From: Candidatus Levyibacteriota bacterium
GTDB taxonomy: Bacteria > Patescibacteriota > Microgenomatia > Levybacterales > UBA12049
Direction: 5' to 3'
NCBI GenBank assembly: GCA_016182185.1
Contig: JACOXU010000001.1
Span: forward strand, 338,915-402,914
Length of the DNA: 64,000 bases
A program made the translations under genes and the position numbers. Under the pieces are notes generated by a model that did no database searches, was not told the DNA's origin, and was given only the letters and a program-made list of their open reading frames with translations. How positions within the stretch are numbered: position 1 is the first letter of the stretch; each line of letters begins with the position of its first letter. Shown here piece by piece: positions 1-8,930 of the stretch.

Positions 1-1
1 T

Positions 2-562
2 TCTGACGATCCTATTGTGCGATTCGCGACACTTCTTCATGATGTCGGAAAACCAAAAGTTGCCACAACTGATAAAAATGGATTCGTGATCTTTCATAAT
101 CATGAGATCGCCGGCGCTCAAATCACAAGGGAAATATGTGACAGGCTTAAATTTTCCAAAAAAGATAGAGAGAAGATTGTTAATCTTATTCGTTGGCATA
201 TGTTTACGGTGGACGAAAAAATAACGGATGCGGCCGTCAGACGATTCATAAGACGTGTTGGAGTAGAGAATGTCAAGGACATGATGGACTTGCGAATTGG
301 AGACAGACTCGGAGGAGGAACACAAACCGCAGAAAGTTGGAGACTTAAACTTTTCAAGAAAAGAGTTGAAGAACAACTTGCGCCTTTACCCTTCTCTGTG
401 AACGATCTTGCTATTGATGGCAATGATATTATGAAAATTTTAAATATAAAACCGGGGCCTAGGGTCGGCGAATTGCTACAAAAACTCTTCGAGGAAGTTG
501 ATGAAGATCTCTCAAAAAATAAAAAGGAATATTTGACAAAAAGAATACAGGAACTAAAATAA
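2..562 (+). CDS. cca: CCA tRNA nucleotidyltransferase / HD-domain protein, C-terminal part (5' truncated by window edge)
   Basis: Open frame from base 2; LLHDVGKP HD motif, FHNHEIAGA, and C-terminal 'LAIDGNDIM..L.IKPGPRVG' typical of class II CCA enzymes. Confidence 0.8.
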   Translation, partial: SDDPIVRFATLLHDVGKPKVATTDKNGFVIFHNHEIAGAQITREICDRLKFSKKDREKIVNLIRWHMFTVDEKITDAAVRRFIRRVGVENVKDMMDLRIGDRLGGGTQTAESWRLKLFKKRVEEQLAPLPFSVNDLAIDGNDIMKILNIKPGPRVGELLQKLFEEVDEDLSKNKKEYLTKRIQELK

Positions 563-566
563 TTTA

Positions 567-1016
567 ATGACAAAAACAGATCTACAAGAAGAGCTTAAAA
601 AATCTATGCTTGCCAAAGATGAGACAAGGGTATCTGTGCTTCGATTGCTTCTTTCTGCTATTAATTATTACGAAATTAATAAAGGGGGTGCTGGTTACGA
701 AGCCACAGATGAAGATGTTCTATCGGTAATTCAAAAAGAAGCCAAACAAAGAAGAGATTCAATCGAAGAATTCAAAAAGGGAGGAAGACAAGATTTGGTC
801 GATAAAGAAGCGAAAGAGCTTGAAATCCTTAATACTTATTTGCCCGAACAGATGGATGAAGAAGAGATAAAAAAACTTGTAGAAAATGTGATTTCTCAAA
901 CCAGCGCCAAAACAATTGCTGATATGGGAAAACTTATGGGAGCCTTAATGCCGAAAATAAAAGGCAAAGCAGATGGAAATTTGGTAAGTAAAATTGTTAG
1001 AAAAAAGCTTTCTTAA
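567..1016 (+). CDS. yqeY: GatB/YqeY domain protein
   Basis: KEAKQRRDSIEEFKKGGRQDL..KE..EL.IL..YLP.Q and MGKLMG....KGKADG signatures. Confidence 0.9.
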   Translation: MTKTDLQEELKKSMLAKDETRVSVLRLLLSAINYYEINKGGAGYEATDEDVLSVIQKEAKQRRDSIEEFKKGGRQDLVDKEAKELEILNTYLPEQMDEEEIKKLVENVISQTSAKTIADMGKLMGALMPKIKGKADGNLVSKIVRKKLS

Positions 1017-1864
1017 TCTTCAAATATCACAATTCCAAGAAGCACAGAATTATCTATTGAAGTTCTTAGTACTGCAAGCGGGTTTTTTTCTACCTCTTCT
1101 GGACTTATTGGGGTATCAAACTGTCTCTTAAACTCCTCTGCAAACTCGCTGATTTCTTGTCCATCAACTGACGTAAAACTATGATAACCTGTACTTTCGT
1201 TTGATGCTGAATCCAAAAATTCAAAAGCACTTTCTACAACATCTCCAACTCTTCCCATCGCTTCAGCATCATTGAAATCCTTTACAAAGACGTCTACAAA
1301 AAGTCCTCCCATCTTCATTCTTGATAAACCAATCCCTGCAATAGAGGGTTCAGCCGCAAGAGTTTGAAAGAATTCTTGCATTGCTTGCTCATCTGCACCT
1401 TCTTTCGGTCCTTCTTTTAAGCAACCTGCTCTACTTGTAATTATGATATTATCTTCAGCTTCTTCCCGACTTTTTTCTACATAATCGATTATATTATTGG
1501 CTTCTTTGACTCGCTCTTCTTGAGTAAAATCGATATAAACTTGATCATTGCTCTTATTTCTTCTAATTTTATTAACAATTTCTTCAGATAAACCCGGTGG
1601 AGCTTGCTCACCAATTTCATCGAGACTGGCAACAACAAGCAGCCCCATGTTCTCAATTAGTTGATATCCGACAAAAGGCTTGCTATCTCTTGAGATTCTT
1701 ACTTCCCATCCGAGTCCAAAAACTGAATGATTTATTCTTAGAACTTCGATGTCCTCAGATTCTTTATTAATTATTTCTTTTTCTATTGATGCCCTAGGTA
1801 CAATCAACGCCATTCTATCTTCCCAGCTAGCTTGTGATTTTCTTTCTTCTACTTTATTTCCCAT
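1013..1864 (-). CDS. Hypothetical acidic protein
   Basis: 283-aa ORF with no recognisable motif; Glu/Asp-rich. Confidence 0.65.
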   Translation of the reverse strand: MGNKVEERKSQASWEDRMALIVPRASIEKEIINKESEDIEVLRINHSVFGLGWEVRISRDSKPFVGYQLIENMGLLVVASLDEIGEQAPPGLSEEIVNKIRRNKSNDQVYIDFTQEERVKEANNIIDYVEKSREEAEDNIIITSRAGCLKEGPKEGADEQAMQEFFQTLAAEPSIAGIGLSRMKMGGLFVDVFVKDFNDAEAMGRVGDVVESAFEFLDSASNESTGYHSFTSVDGQEISEFAEEFKRQFDTPISPEEVEKNPLAVLRTSIDNSVLLGIVIFED

Positions 1865-1888
1865 ATTTAATTTTTAATATTTTATCTT

Positions 1889-2794
1889 TTATTTTTTCTT
1901 TCTCTTCTCAGCTAATTCGTGCCATAAGACCAGTAATGGCGAGGCATTGAAGATTGACGAATAAGTACCGCTAATTATTCCAATAAGAAGTGCCACAACA
2001 AACCACCTGATTGTCTCTCCTCCAAAAAGAAGAAGTGCGAAAAGTACCAAGATAACTGTCAGAGATGTATTTAGAGACCTGTCCAAAGTTTGAAGTATAG
2101 ACTCATTTACGATCTGGGAGAAGGGAACCCCGGCCATTCTTTTCAGGTTCTCTCTTATTCTATCAAAGACCACGATTGTATCATGGACAGAAAACCCGAT
2201 TACAGTCAAAAGTGCAGTCACAAAAAGAGAATCAACTTCAACGCTGAAGAAACGACCGAGAATTGCAAAAATTCCAACGACCACCAGAATATCGTGAATA
2301 AGGGCAATTATGGCACAAACTCCGAATCTAAGACTGCTTGCCGGCTTTGGTACGCTTCTGAATGACCAGGTGATATATAAAATTATTAAAATTGATGCAA
2401 AAATAACAGCCTTTATGGCATTGGCAGTTGTCTCTTCTCCAATTGCGGGTCCGATTGTTTCAAATTGTGTTTCCTTTGCATCTTTGAATTTTTTGGAAAG
2501 TTCAGTAACAAAATTTGCATTCTGCTTTTGATCCATCGGGCTTGTTCTGATAAGTACAGACTTGTCTGAAATTTCAGTTGTTGAGATTTTTATATTGTTT
2601 TTTACTAATATATCTTTTACTTCTTCAGATGTTTTTTTCTCCACTTTCTGAGAAAAAAGGACAGTAAGTCTTGATCCGCCAATGAAATCAATCGAAAGGT
2701 TAAGACCATAAAGCATAAGCGCTATCAACCCGGGAATAACTACAAGTAAAGATATTGCAAAATACCAATTTTTTTTACTAATAATATCTATCAT
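1889..2794 (-). CDS. secF: Protein translocase subunit SecF
   Basis: GLNLSIDFIGG, GFSVHDTIVVFDRIREN and GTYSSIFNASP motifs. Confidence 0.95.
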   Translation of the reverse strand: MIDIISKKNWYFAISLLVVIPGLIALMLYGLNLSIDFIGGSRLTVLFSQKVEKKTSEEVKDILVKNNIKISTTEISDKSVLIRTSPMDQKQNANFVTELSKKFKDAKETQFETIGPAIGEETTANAIKAVIFASILIILYITWSFRSVPKPASSLRFGVCAIIALIHDILVVVGIFAILGRFFSVEVDSLFVTALLTVIGFSVHDTIVVFDRIRENLKRMAGVPFSQIVNESILQTLDRSLNTSLTVILVLFALLLFGGETIRWFVVALLIGIISGTYSSIFNASPLLVLWHELAEKRKKK

Positions 2795-2797
2795 AAA

Positions 2798-4153
2798 TTA
2801 ACTTTTGTTTACCACACGAAGAAAAGTTCGTGTCACAACAATTGCGGAAAACATCGAAACCAAAACACCTATTGCCAGAACAAGAGCAAAGCCTTTAACC
2901 ACGCCCGTTCCAAACTGATAAAGAATCGTACTTGTTATAAGGGTTGAGACATTTGAATCTCTTATTGACGACCATGCTCTGGTAAATCCGAGCTCAATGG
3001 CCACTTCTTCCCGCCTGCCCGAGCGTCTTTCTTCTTTTATTCTTTCAAAAATTAGAATATTTGCATCAACTGCCATCCCGATTGAAAGAATAAAACCTGC
3101 GATGCCTGAAAGCGTCAGGGTGATTCCATAAGGTGTAATATTACTTATCTTAAATATTGCCAGAACGATCAAAGAATAGATAAATAATGCAATACTTGCC
3201 AAAACTCCAAGTCTTCCATACAAAATACACATAAACAGCACTATTATTACAAAGCCTATGATACCTGCAAAAAGACTTTTTCGCAAAGACTCTACTCCAA
3301 GCGTTGGTCCGATAACACGCTGTTCCAAGACAGACAAAGGGACAGGAAGTGCACCTGCATTAAGCTGTGTGCTTAAGGTTTTTGCCTGATCAACGCTAAA
3401 ACTTCCAGAAATGACAGCACTTCCGGTTAAGATCGGTTCATTAACTCTTGGCGCTTCTATAACTATTTCATCAAGTACAATCGCAACGATTTTATTGACA
3501 TTTCCCTTGGTAATATCGGCAAATTTTTTCGTTCCATCCGAAGTAAATACTAATTGTACCTGTGGCTTCCCTGTGTTTTGATCAAAACTTACACTCGCTT
3601 GTTGCAAATCTTTTCCCGTCAAATCTGTTTTGTGAGGATTTTCTCCCAAAACCTGAACTGCTCCCAGTGGATAGGCTGAGGGAGAAGCAATTTTGGCAGA
3701 ACCCGTTGCTCCCTCTTCCCAAAAAGAAAGCTGAGCAGTTGTTCCAATTAGATTAATTGCCTGATTTATATCTGTAACGCCGGGTAACTCGACAATTATT
3801 CGAGAATCACCATTAACCGATGATGTTTGAATAATCGGTTCTGAGACACCAAAAAGATTTATTCTTTTTTCAATTACTGCCTTTGCTCCTTCGAAGGCAT
3901 CTTTTCTTTGTGCCGATGAAACATCTGACATATCAGCCCGAAATGTTATGCTTGTGCCTCCTGCAAGATCAAGTCCTCTTCTGAATTCGAACTCTTTGGT
4001 TATTCCTAATCTTGAAAGAAGCGTATTAGGACTAATATTAATATTTTTGATCGGTCCAAATGAAACGGACCTGATATCAGGCAGGTTTACAAAAATTGCC
4101 AGAAAAGTTAAAATAATAATGGCCCAAAAAAGCCGCCGGGGAGTTAATTTCAT
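2798..4153 (-). CDS. secD: Protein translocase subunit SecD
   Basis: GLDLAGG, GVSEP, LNAGALPVP and IGMAVDANILIFERIKEE motifs. Confidence 0.95.
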   Translation of the reverse strand: MKLTPRRLFWAIIILTFLAIFVNLPDIRSVSFGPIKNINISPNTLLSRLGITKEFEFRRGLDLAGGTSITFRADMSDVSSAQRKDAFEGAKAVIEKRINLFGVSEPIIQTSSVNGDSRIIVELPGVTDINQAINLIGTTAQLSFWEEGATGSAKIASPSAYPLGAVQVLGENPHKTDLTGKDLQQASVSFDQNTGKPQVQLVFTSDGTKKFADITKGNVNKIVAIVLDEIVIEAPRVNEPILTGSAVISGSFSVDQAKTLSTQLNAGALPVPLSVLEQRVIGPTLGVESLRKSLFAGIIGFVIIVLFMCILYGRLGVLASIALFIYSLIVLAIFKISNITPYGITLTLSGIAGFILSIGMAVDANILIFERIKEERRSGRREEVAIELGFTRAWSSIRDSNVSTLITSTILYQFGTGVVKGFALVLAIGVLVSMFSAIVVTRTFLRVVNKS

Positions 4154-4725
4154 GCCAACATGTTCTCCTCATCTCCGATCAACATAACTCTTGATCCTGA
4201 AAGAATTGACAAGATGAAGGGGTCTCTTCGTTTTCTCCTGAAGGCAAATTCTTCTTCCGACATGACAGTATAATTAATCTCAGTATTTAACCTTTTTTCT
4301 TCTGCTCTTACCAGGAGTGTTAATTCTGGCAAGACTACTGTTCCGACCAGTAAAAGATTTACTTCATCAGGTTCATTATTTAATCTTCTTACAAATTTAC
4401 CGGAAAACATCGCAAATTTTATTTTACCAAGTTTTGCACGATTCTTGAGAATATCAGATCCGAGTCCGACTGTTTTTGCTCCAAGTCTAAGGAGATCATA
4501 GTAGAATGGATAATTTTTAGATAACGAATAGTAGAGTCTGTTCGCCCGTGGTTCTTTTTCAAGAATACCTCTTTTTTCTAAATACTGAAGTTCTCGTCTA
4601 ACCGCATTAATTTCATCACCTGTTCTTCGAACAAGCTCTCTTACATGATAAATTTCAGACGGGTTTGTCAGAAAAACCTCTAGAAGCTTGACCCTTGATT
4701 TTGATGTAATTAGATCAGAAAACAT
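4150..4725 (-). CDS. Winged-HTH plus degenerate nucleotidyltransferase-like protein
   Basis: N-terminal SKSRVKLL..F..NP...YHVREL.R.....INAVRREL wHTH; C-terminal MNT-like fold ('EINYTVMSEEEF'). Confidence 0.7.
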   Translation of the reverse strand: MFSDLITSKSRVKLLEVFLTNPSEIYHVRELVRRTGDEINAVRRELQYLEKRGILEKEPRANRLYYSLSKNYPFYYDLLRLGAKTVGLGSDILKNRAKLGKIKFAMFSGKFVRRLNNEPDEVNLLLVGTVVLPELTLLVRAEEKRLNTEINYTVMSEEEFAFRRKRRDPFILSILSGSRVMLIGDEENMLA

Positions 4726-4766
4726 AAGCCCGTTTTAGCCCATTTCAGAGCATATTCAGACGGGGA

Positions 4767-5939
4767 TTATTTTACATTCATAACCCCATCTATGGGCAGA
4801 ATTTCAAACCAGATTAATCCCCTGTTAAATTTAACTTGATCACCTCTATTATCAAAGATTTGCGTTCTTGATGTTCTTCCGTCTTTTTTCCATTTACCTG
4901 TTATTTGTTTGCCATCCATAAATATAACTGCTTTCCCAGTCCCTTTTGTTTTATAAAGCAAATGAAGATTTCTTTCATACCCGTCATTTGCCGAGCTTTC
5001 TTGCATAAATAATACTACAATATTTTTTGAAGTCAACTGTTTATTTGTATTTCGGTCTATATGCGGACTTGATCCATGGTTTCTTTTATATAGATTTGAG
5101 GCATTGTCATAGATCCAATCTACAAAATAATCCTTGTCAGATTCCCAAAATTCAAGATGGACTGTTTGAGAGACTGGTCTTTTCGCAGCATCTTCATCTT
5201 TTTTAAATGAGTAGGAGATAAACTTCTCGTCCCATTTTTCACCGTCTTCATTTTTGTCGGAAAGTTTTCTTGTCTTTGCTGCATATTCCCATAATTTTTC
5301 AGTGGCTGAGTACATGGTATGCTCGGTCGCAGCTGTATGGCCAAGTCTTTCATAATCTCTCCAGAAAACCGGAAATCCAATTGAAAATTGATTCAGATCG
5401 TTGTATCCTTCCCACCCATAGTCACCGATTTGTCCAAGCGCATTCGCAGGTCCTGGCTGATTCGCTCCACCCACATGCGCATATAAAGGGCTGTCTCCAT
5501 ATTCTGAAATGAAATCCAAAAAGTAAGTTCTGGCTGACCTCACCGGACCGAGTTGGCCGGCGTCCTGACAATAATAAACAGAAAGAAACCTTGTAATTCC
5601 CCCCTCTGCAACTGCTTCATAAATTACATCTGCAAATGACAATCCGGACTGAGGTCTTGCGCCCTCATGATTTTCGATCATAACTCCCAAGGGTCTGTGT
5701 TTCTCCCACCATGCTTTTTGCTGTTTGGAATACATTGCTCCATTGAGAGGGCACTCTTCAGTCCGAGGAAGATCCGGATCAAAAACTAATTTTCCCTCTG
5801 CAGTTTTTTTGGGACCGCTTACCGGAGACGACAATCCCGAAGATCCGAGGGCTTTTGAAAAAATGAAATATGAAATTCCAGATGAAAAAAAATAAACAGC
5901 AATAATAAGTACAATTGAAATAATTTTATTTTTATCCAT
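4767..5939 (-). CDS. DUF3048 (YerB-like) membrane-anchored protein
   Basis: RPLGVMIEN..GARPQSGLS.AD..YE..AEGGITRF and GPVRSAR.YF motifs; N-terminal TM. Confidence 0.85.
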   Translation of the reverse strand: MDKNKIISIVLIIAVYFFSSGISYFIFSKALGSSGLSSPVSGPKKTAEGKLVFDPDLPRTEECPLNGAMYSKQQKAWWEKHRPLGVMIENHEGARPQSGLSFADVIYEAVAEGGITRFLSVYYCQDAGQLGPVRSARTYFLDFISEYGDSPLYAHVGGANQPGPANALGQIGDYGWEGYNDLNQFSIGFPVFWRDYERLGHTAATEHTMYSATEKLWEYAAKTRKLSDKNEDGEKWDEKFISYSFKKDEDAAKRPVSQTVHLEFWESDKDYFVDWIYDNASNLYKRNHGSSPHIDRNTNKQLTSKNIVVLFMQESSANDGYERNLHLLYKTKGTGKAVIFMDGKQITGKWKKDGRTSRTQIFDNRGDQVKFNRGLIWFEILPIDGVMNVK

Positions 5940-5941
5940 AT

Positions 5942-6406
5942 CTAATCTTTTTTACTTGCAGCTTTAAGAGCCTTCTTTTCTTCTTCTGATAATTCATAAT
6001 CAGATCCTTTTCCATCTATTACTTTCTTGGCATACCACCTAGTACCTGAACGTGAATACAATGCGGAAATTATTATTCCGTTATCGTTTGCATCAACAAG
6101 AGAGAGAATAAAGCTTTGATCTCCACCTGTATCTTTAAATGGATTAAAGCGTAAAAGCCCTACCTTTTGGATATGCAAATTTCCGTCTTTTAGTAAATTA
6201 TCGCAATATTTTTTAAGTTGCTCAATATCTTTTTGATGAAGGTCAATTTTTATCAATAAATCTTCTAGAATTGCTTTCAAACTTTTATGATTTGTACCTT
6301 TGGTTAATCTATTATAGTGCGACATCATCTGCCAAAATAGAACTGAAAGAGCCAGTAGCCATAAACCAAAAAAACCAACCACAAAAAAAAGAAAATTGGG
6401 TACCAT
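5942..6406 (-). CDS. DUF4446 family protein
   Basis: QKVGLLRFNPF.DTGGDQSF...L.D....G..I....SR..TR.YAK....G.....LSEEE; N-terminal TM plus coiled coil. Confidence 0.85.
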   Translation of the reverse strand: MVPNFLFFVVGFFGLWLLALSVLFWQMMSHYNRLTKGTNHKSLKAILEDLLIKIDLHQKDIEQLKKYCDNLLKDGNLHIQKVGLLRFNPFKDTGGDQSFILSLVDANDNGIIISALYSRSGTRWYAKKVIDGKGSDYELSEEEKKALKAASKKD

Positions 6407-6418
6407 ATATATCCATCT

Positions 6419-6459
6419 ATATTAGCCTCTTGACAGGTTCTATGTCAATAGTGTAATCT
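6419..6459. promoter_or_regulatory. Overlapping divergent sigma70-type promoters
   Basis: TTGACA at 6430-6435 (+) with TAATCT at 6454-6459; TTGACA at 6448-6443 (-) with TAATAT at 6424-6419; lies between divergent genes. Confidence 0.5.
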
Positions 6460-6472
6460 AGGCTCTATTGCG

Positions 6473-6781
6473 ATGAGTAGGCACAAAAAGAAAACTCGCA
6501 AACAAAAAGTCTTGGCCGATCTTCACAGAAAAATGCAATCTTTGGAGACTCATTCTTCTATTGCCTTAAACGAAGAGAAAAAAATAAAATCTTCAGAAGT
6601 TCCTAGAATAAAACCACAAACGACAGTTACATATCGTCCGCTAGCAATAAACACATACCCATTCCTCTTGAAAGATATTTCAAGAACAGGTATTCTAACT
6701 GCGATAATCTTGGCCTTTCAAATTATTTTATTATTCTTATTAAAAAATCACATAATCTCATTACAGGGAATCAGTTATTGA
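6473..6781 (+). CDS. Hypothetical protein with basic N-terminus and C-terminal TM
   Basis: 102-aa ORF downstream of a promoter; K/R-rich start and hydrophobic C-terminal helix. Confidence 0.65.
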   Translation: MSRHKKKTRKQKVLADLHRKMQSLETHSSIALNEEKKIKSSEVPRIKPQTTVTYRPLAINTYPFLLKDISRTGILTAIILAFQIILLFLLKNHIISLQGISY

Positions 6782-6803
6782 CGAAGGGAGGTGAATGAAC
6801 AAT

Positions 6804-6944
6804 ATGGCATCGATGTATTGTGTAAAATGCAGAGCAAAGAGAGATGATCCCAATGCTCAAAAAGTTACCATGAAGAATGGAAAACCAGCCCTTAAAGGAA
6901 AGTGCCCAGTCTGTGGTACGGGAATGTACAAGATTGGAGGCTAA
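6804..6944 (+). CDS. 46-aa CxxC...CxxC zinc-ribbon protein (DUF5679-like), absent from the ORF track
   Basis: MASMYCVKCRAKRDDPNAQKVTMKNGKPALKGKCPVCGTGMYKIGG*; SD GGAGGTGA at 6787-6794. Confidence 0.85.
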   Translation: MASMYCVKCRAKRDDPNAQKVTMKNGKPALKGKCPVCGTGMYKIGG

Positions 6945-6997
6945 TTTCTTGAAGGACCTATCGATAGGAATAACTTTAACCTTCAAGAAAACAAATA

Positions 6998-7041
6998 GAA
7001 AAACCCCTCAGCAATTATTTTATAATCCTCAGGGGTTTTTC
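6998..7041. terminator. Probable bidirectional intrinsic terminator
   Basis: GAAAAACCCCT (6998-7008) / AGGGGTTTTTC (7031-7041), an 11-bp inverted repeat between convergent genes. Confidence 0.6.
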
Positions 7042-7058
7042 ATTTGGATCATCTAGAT

Positions 7059-7328
7059 TTATTTTTTATACAGATATTTCCCCCAGAGGCTTTTGAAAAA
7101 TGGAAGAGTTAATGTTGAAAGAAAAAAAGCTATAGACGGAACGATGGCATTAAGCCATGGCTCAGAAACGTTTATTGCACTTAGGTAAAAGCCGATTGCC
7201 AAATAAGTAAAAAGGATTAAAAGAAATCTTCTGGTAAAACTTGTTTCCCAAGCTTTATCTTTCTCAACATTTTTATTCCTGATTTCAATTTTCTCAATTC
7301 TCTTTTCAAGCTCATCAAGATTCGCCAT
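7059..7328 (-). CDS. Small membrane protein (DKAWETS motif)
   Basis: 89 aa, N-terminal coiled coil then two TM helices; last gene of the glycosylation operon. Confidence 0.7.
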   Translation of the reverse strand: MANLDELEKRIEKIEIRNKNVEKDKAWETSFTRRFLLILFTYLAIGFYLSAINVSEPWLNAIVPSIAFFLSTLTLPFFKSLWGKYLYKK

Positions 7329-7331
7329 ATC

Positions 7332-8930
7332 TTATTTAGCCTCTTTGTAGTGTCTTAGCTTGTAAATCTTAACCACGCTTACATTCCATTCCTCGGCTAT
7401 TTCTGCTCTTCCAAAACCTGCAATTTCCCAAAGCGAATGGCCCAAAGGATGACAAGGCAAAGTTTCGCAAACAATTATCAGCTGGTTTGTAACGCTTTCT
7501 CTTTTGGGATCAACTTGCGGATTTAATATTGATATAGGTGTTTGATTCCAAAGCGTAAAAAAATATCTGTAGGCATGGTCTGAATTATTACCGGATACCA
7601 AAGCAAAATTAAATGGTTTACCCTCAGATACTTCAACTACAGAACGTGAGATTGCTTCTACCTGTTTTAACTGGCGATTGGGTGAATACTTAAATGGGAT
7701 GCCATTCAGATTAATTATAATAAGTATCAAAAGAATAGAGATGGCAAAAATTACAAAAATTTTATTTTTTCTGATGAAAAAATCTAACGCATTGCCCACA
7801 AGAAGAAAAGGCAAAGGAAAAATAAATCCAAAATAATAATCATAAATAGATTTTTTATAAAACCCAAAAAGTCCTACACCGACAAAAAACCAAAGGAAGA
7901 TTAACAAAAATTTCAAAAATGCGGAGTTTTCTTTTTTTCTTTCTCTATAAAGAGCGATAAACTTTGTTAAAAATATAGAAATACTTATTATTCCAAGAAC
8001 TAGGCTTCCCAAGTACCAGATAAAAATATTCACATTCGCCTTAAGAGATACCTGTTCTGGCGGAGGAAAACTGGTTATTAATCTTGCAAATAATCGAAAA
8101 AATGCATCATAAACCGTCCTGAACAAATTGATGCCCGCGCCTGTATCGCCTGATGAAATGACAAAAGAAATAATGCTTTGTATGTTTTGGAATCCATGAC
8201 GAAACTCAAAGGTCAAAAAGGGAGATATGCCAATTATAAAACCCAAGGAAATGTAGTAATAGTCCCGGGCAAGCTTAATTAAAAGTGGCAGAAGTGAACC
8301 CTTAGAATCTTTAAATATTCTGAAGATTAATATATAAAAGAACAGAATTGCACTAAGAAATGTTGCCAAATAATGAAGTTGTATAGTGATCCCAAGCATA
8401 AGTCCCGATAAGATAATCAACCAAGCTTTATTTTTCTCAAGTGCCTTATATAAAATAAGCAACGTCAAGAGTGAAAAAAATGGCATAAGATTTGGATTCC
8501 AGGAAGAACGGGAATATGCAATTACAAGAGGAGAAATTGAATATAACAAAGCAGAAATAATTCCCACTTTTTTGTTAAAAAATATATCGCCCGCCTTATA
8601 TACAAGCCAGACAGTGGCCACTCCAAAGAGAGCAACCATCACAGCAGGGCCAACTGGATTGTAATTAAAAAACCAGAGAAAGGGCGTCATGAAATAGTAG
8701 TAGGCAGGGCCCAGAAAAAAACCGCCTACAGAAGCGGTTGGGCCAAGAAGAGTTAAATTCCCATGCAAAATATTGTATACGACCAAAACGTCTCTTCCTT
8801 CATCTCCCAAAAATGTCATGTATTCATCGATTCTGTAAAGTCTTAAGAAGGCAGAAAAGATTAAAATGACAATAATTATTGATCTAAAACTCAATATTTG
8901 AGATTTGAGATTTGAGATTAGAGATTTCAT
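7332..8930 (-). CDS. GT-C fold glycosyltransferase (ArnT/PMT-like, family 39/83)
   Basis: LR.Y......F.GDEGRD, GP.YYY and YSRSSWNPN motifs; many TM helices. Confidence 0.8.
   Translation of the reverse strand: MKSLISNLKSQILSFRSIIIVILIFSAFLRLYRIDEYMTFLGDEGRDVLVVYNILHGNLTLLGPTASVGGFFLGPAYYYFMTPFLWFFNYNPVGPAVMVALFGVATVWLVYKAGDIFFNKKVGIISALLYSISPLVIAYSRSSWNPNLMPFFSLLTLLILYKALEKNKAWLIILSGLMLGITIQLHYLATFLSAILFFYILIFRIFKDSKGSLLPLLIKLARDYYYISLGFIIGISPFLTFEFRHGFQNIQSIISFVISSGDTGAGINLFRTVYDAFFRLFARLITSFPPPEQVSLKANVNIFIWYLGSLVLGIISISIFLTKFIALYRERKKENSAFLKFLLIFLWFFVGVGLFGFYKKSIYDYYFGFIFPLPFLLVGNALDFFIRKNKIFVIFAISILLILIIINLNGIPFKYSPNRQLKQVEAISRSVVEVSEGKPFNFALVSGNNSDHAYRYFFTLWNQTPISILNPQVDPKRESVTNQLIIVCETLPCHPLGHSLWEIAGFGRAEIAEEWNVSVVKIYKLRHYKEAK

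Noticed and set aside
1013-1864. Orphan acidic ORF as a possible toxin or effector
   Set aside because: No motif, partner or flanking signal to support any function
6771-6986. 71-aa minus-strand ORF from the track
   Set aside because: Shadow of the + strand zinc-ribbon gene, which has the SD and CxxC motifs
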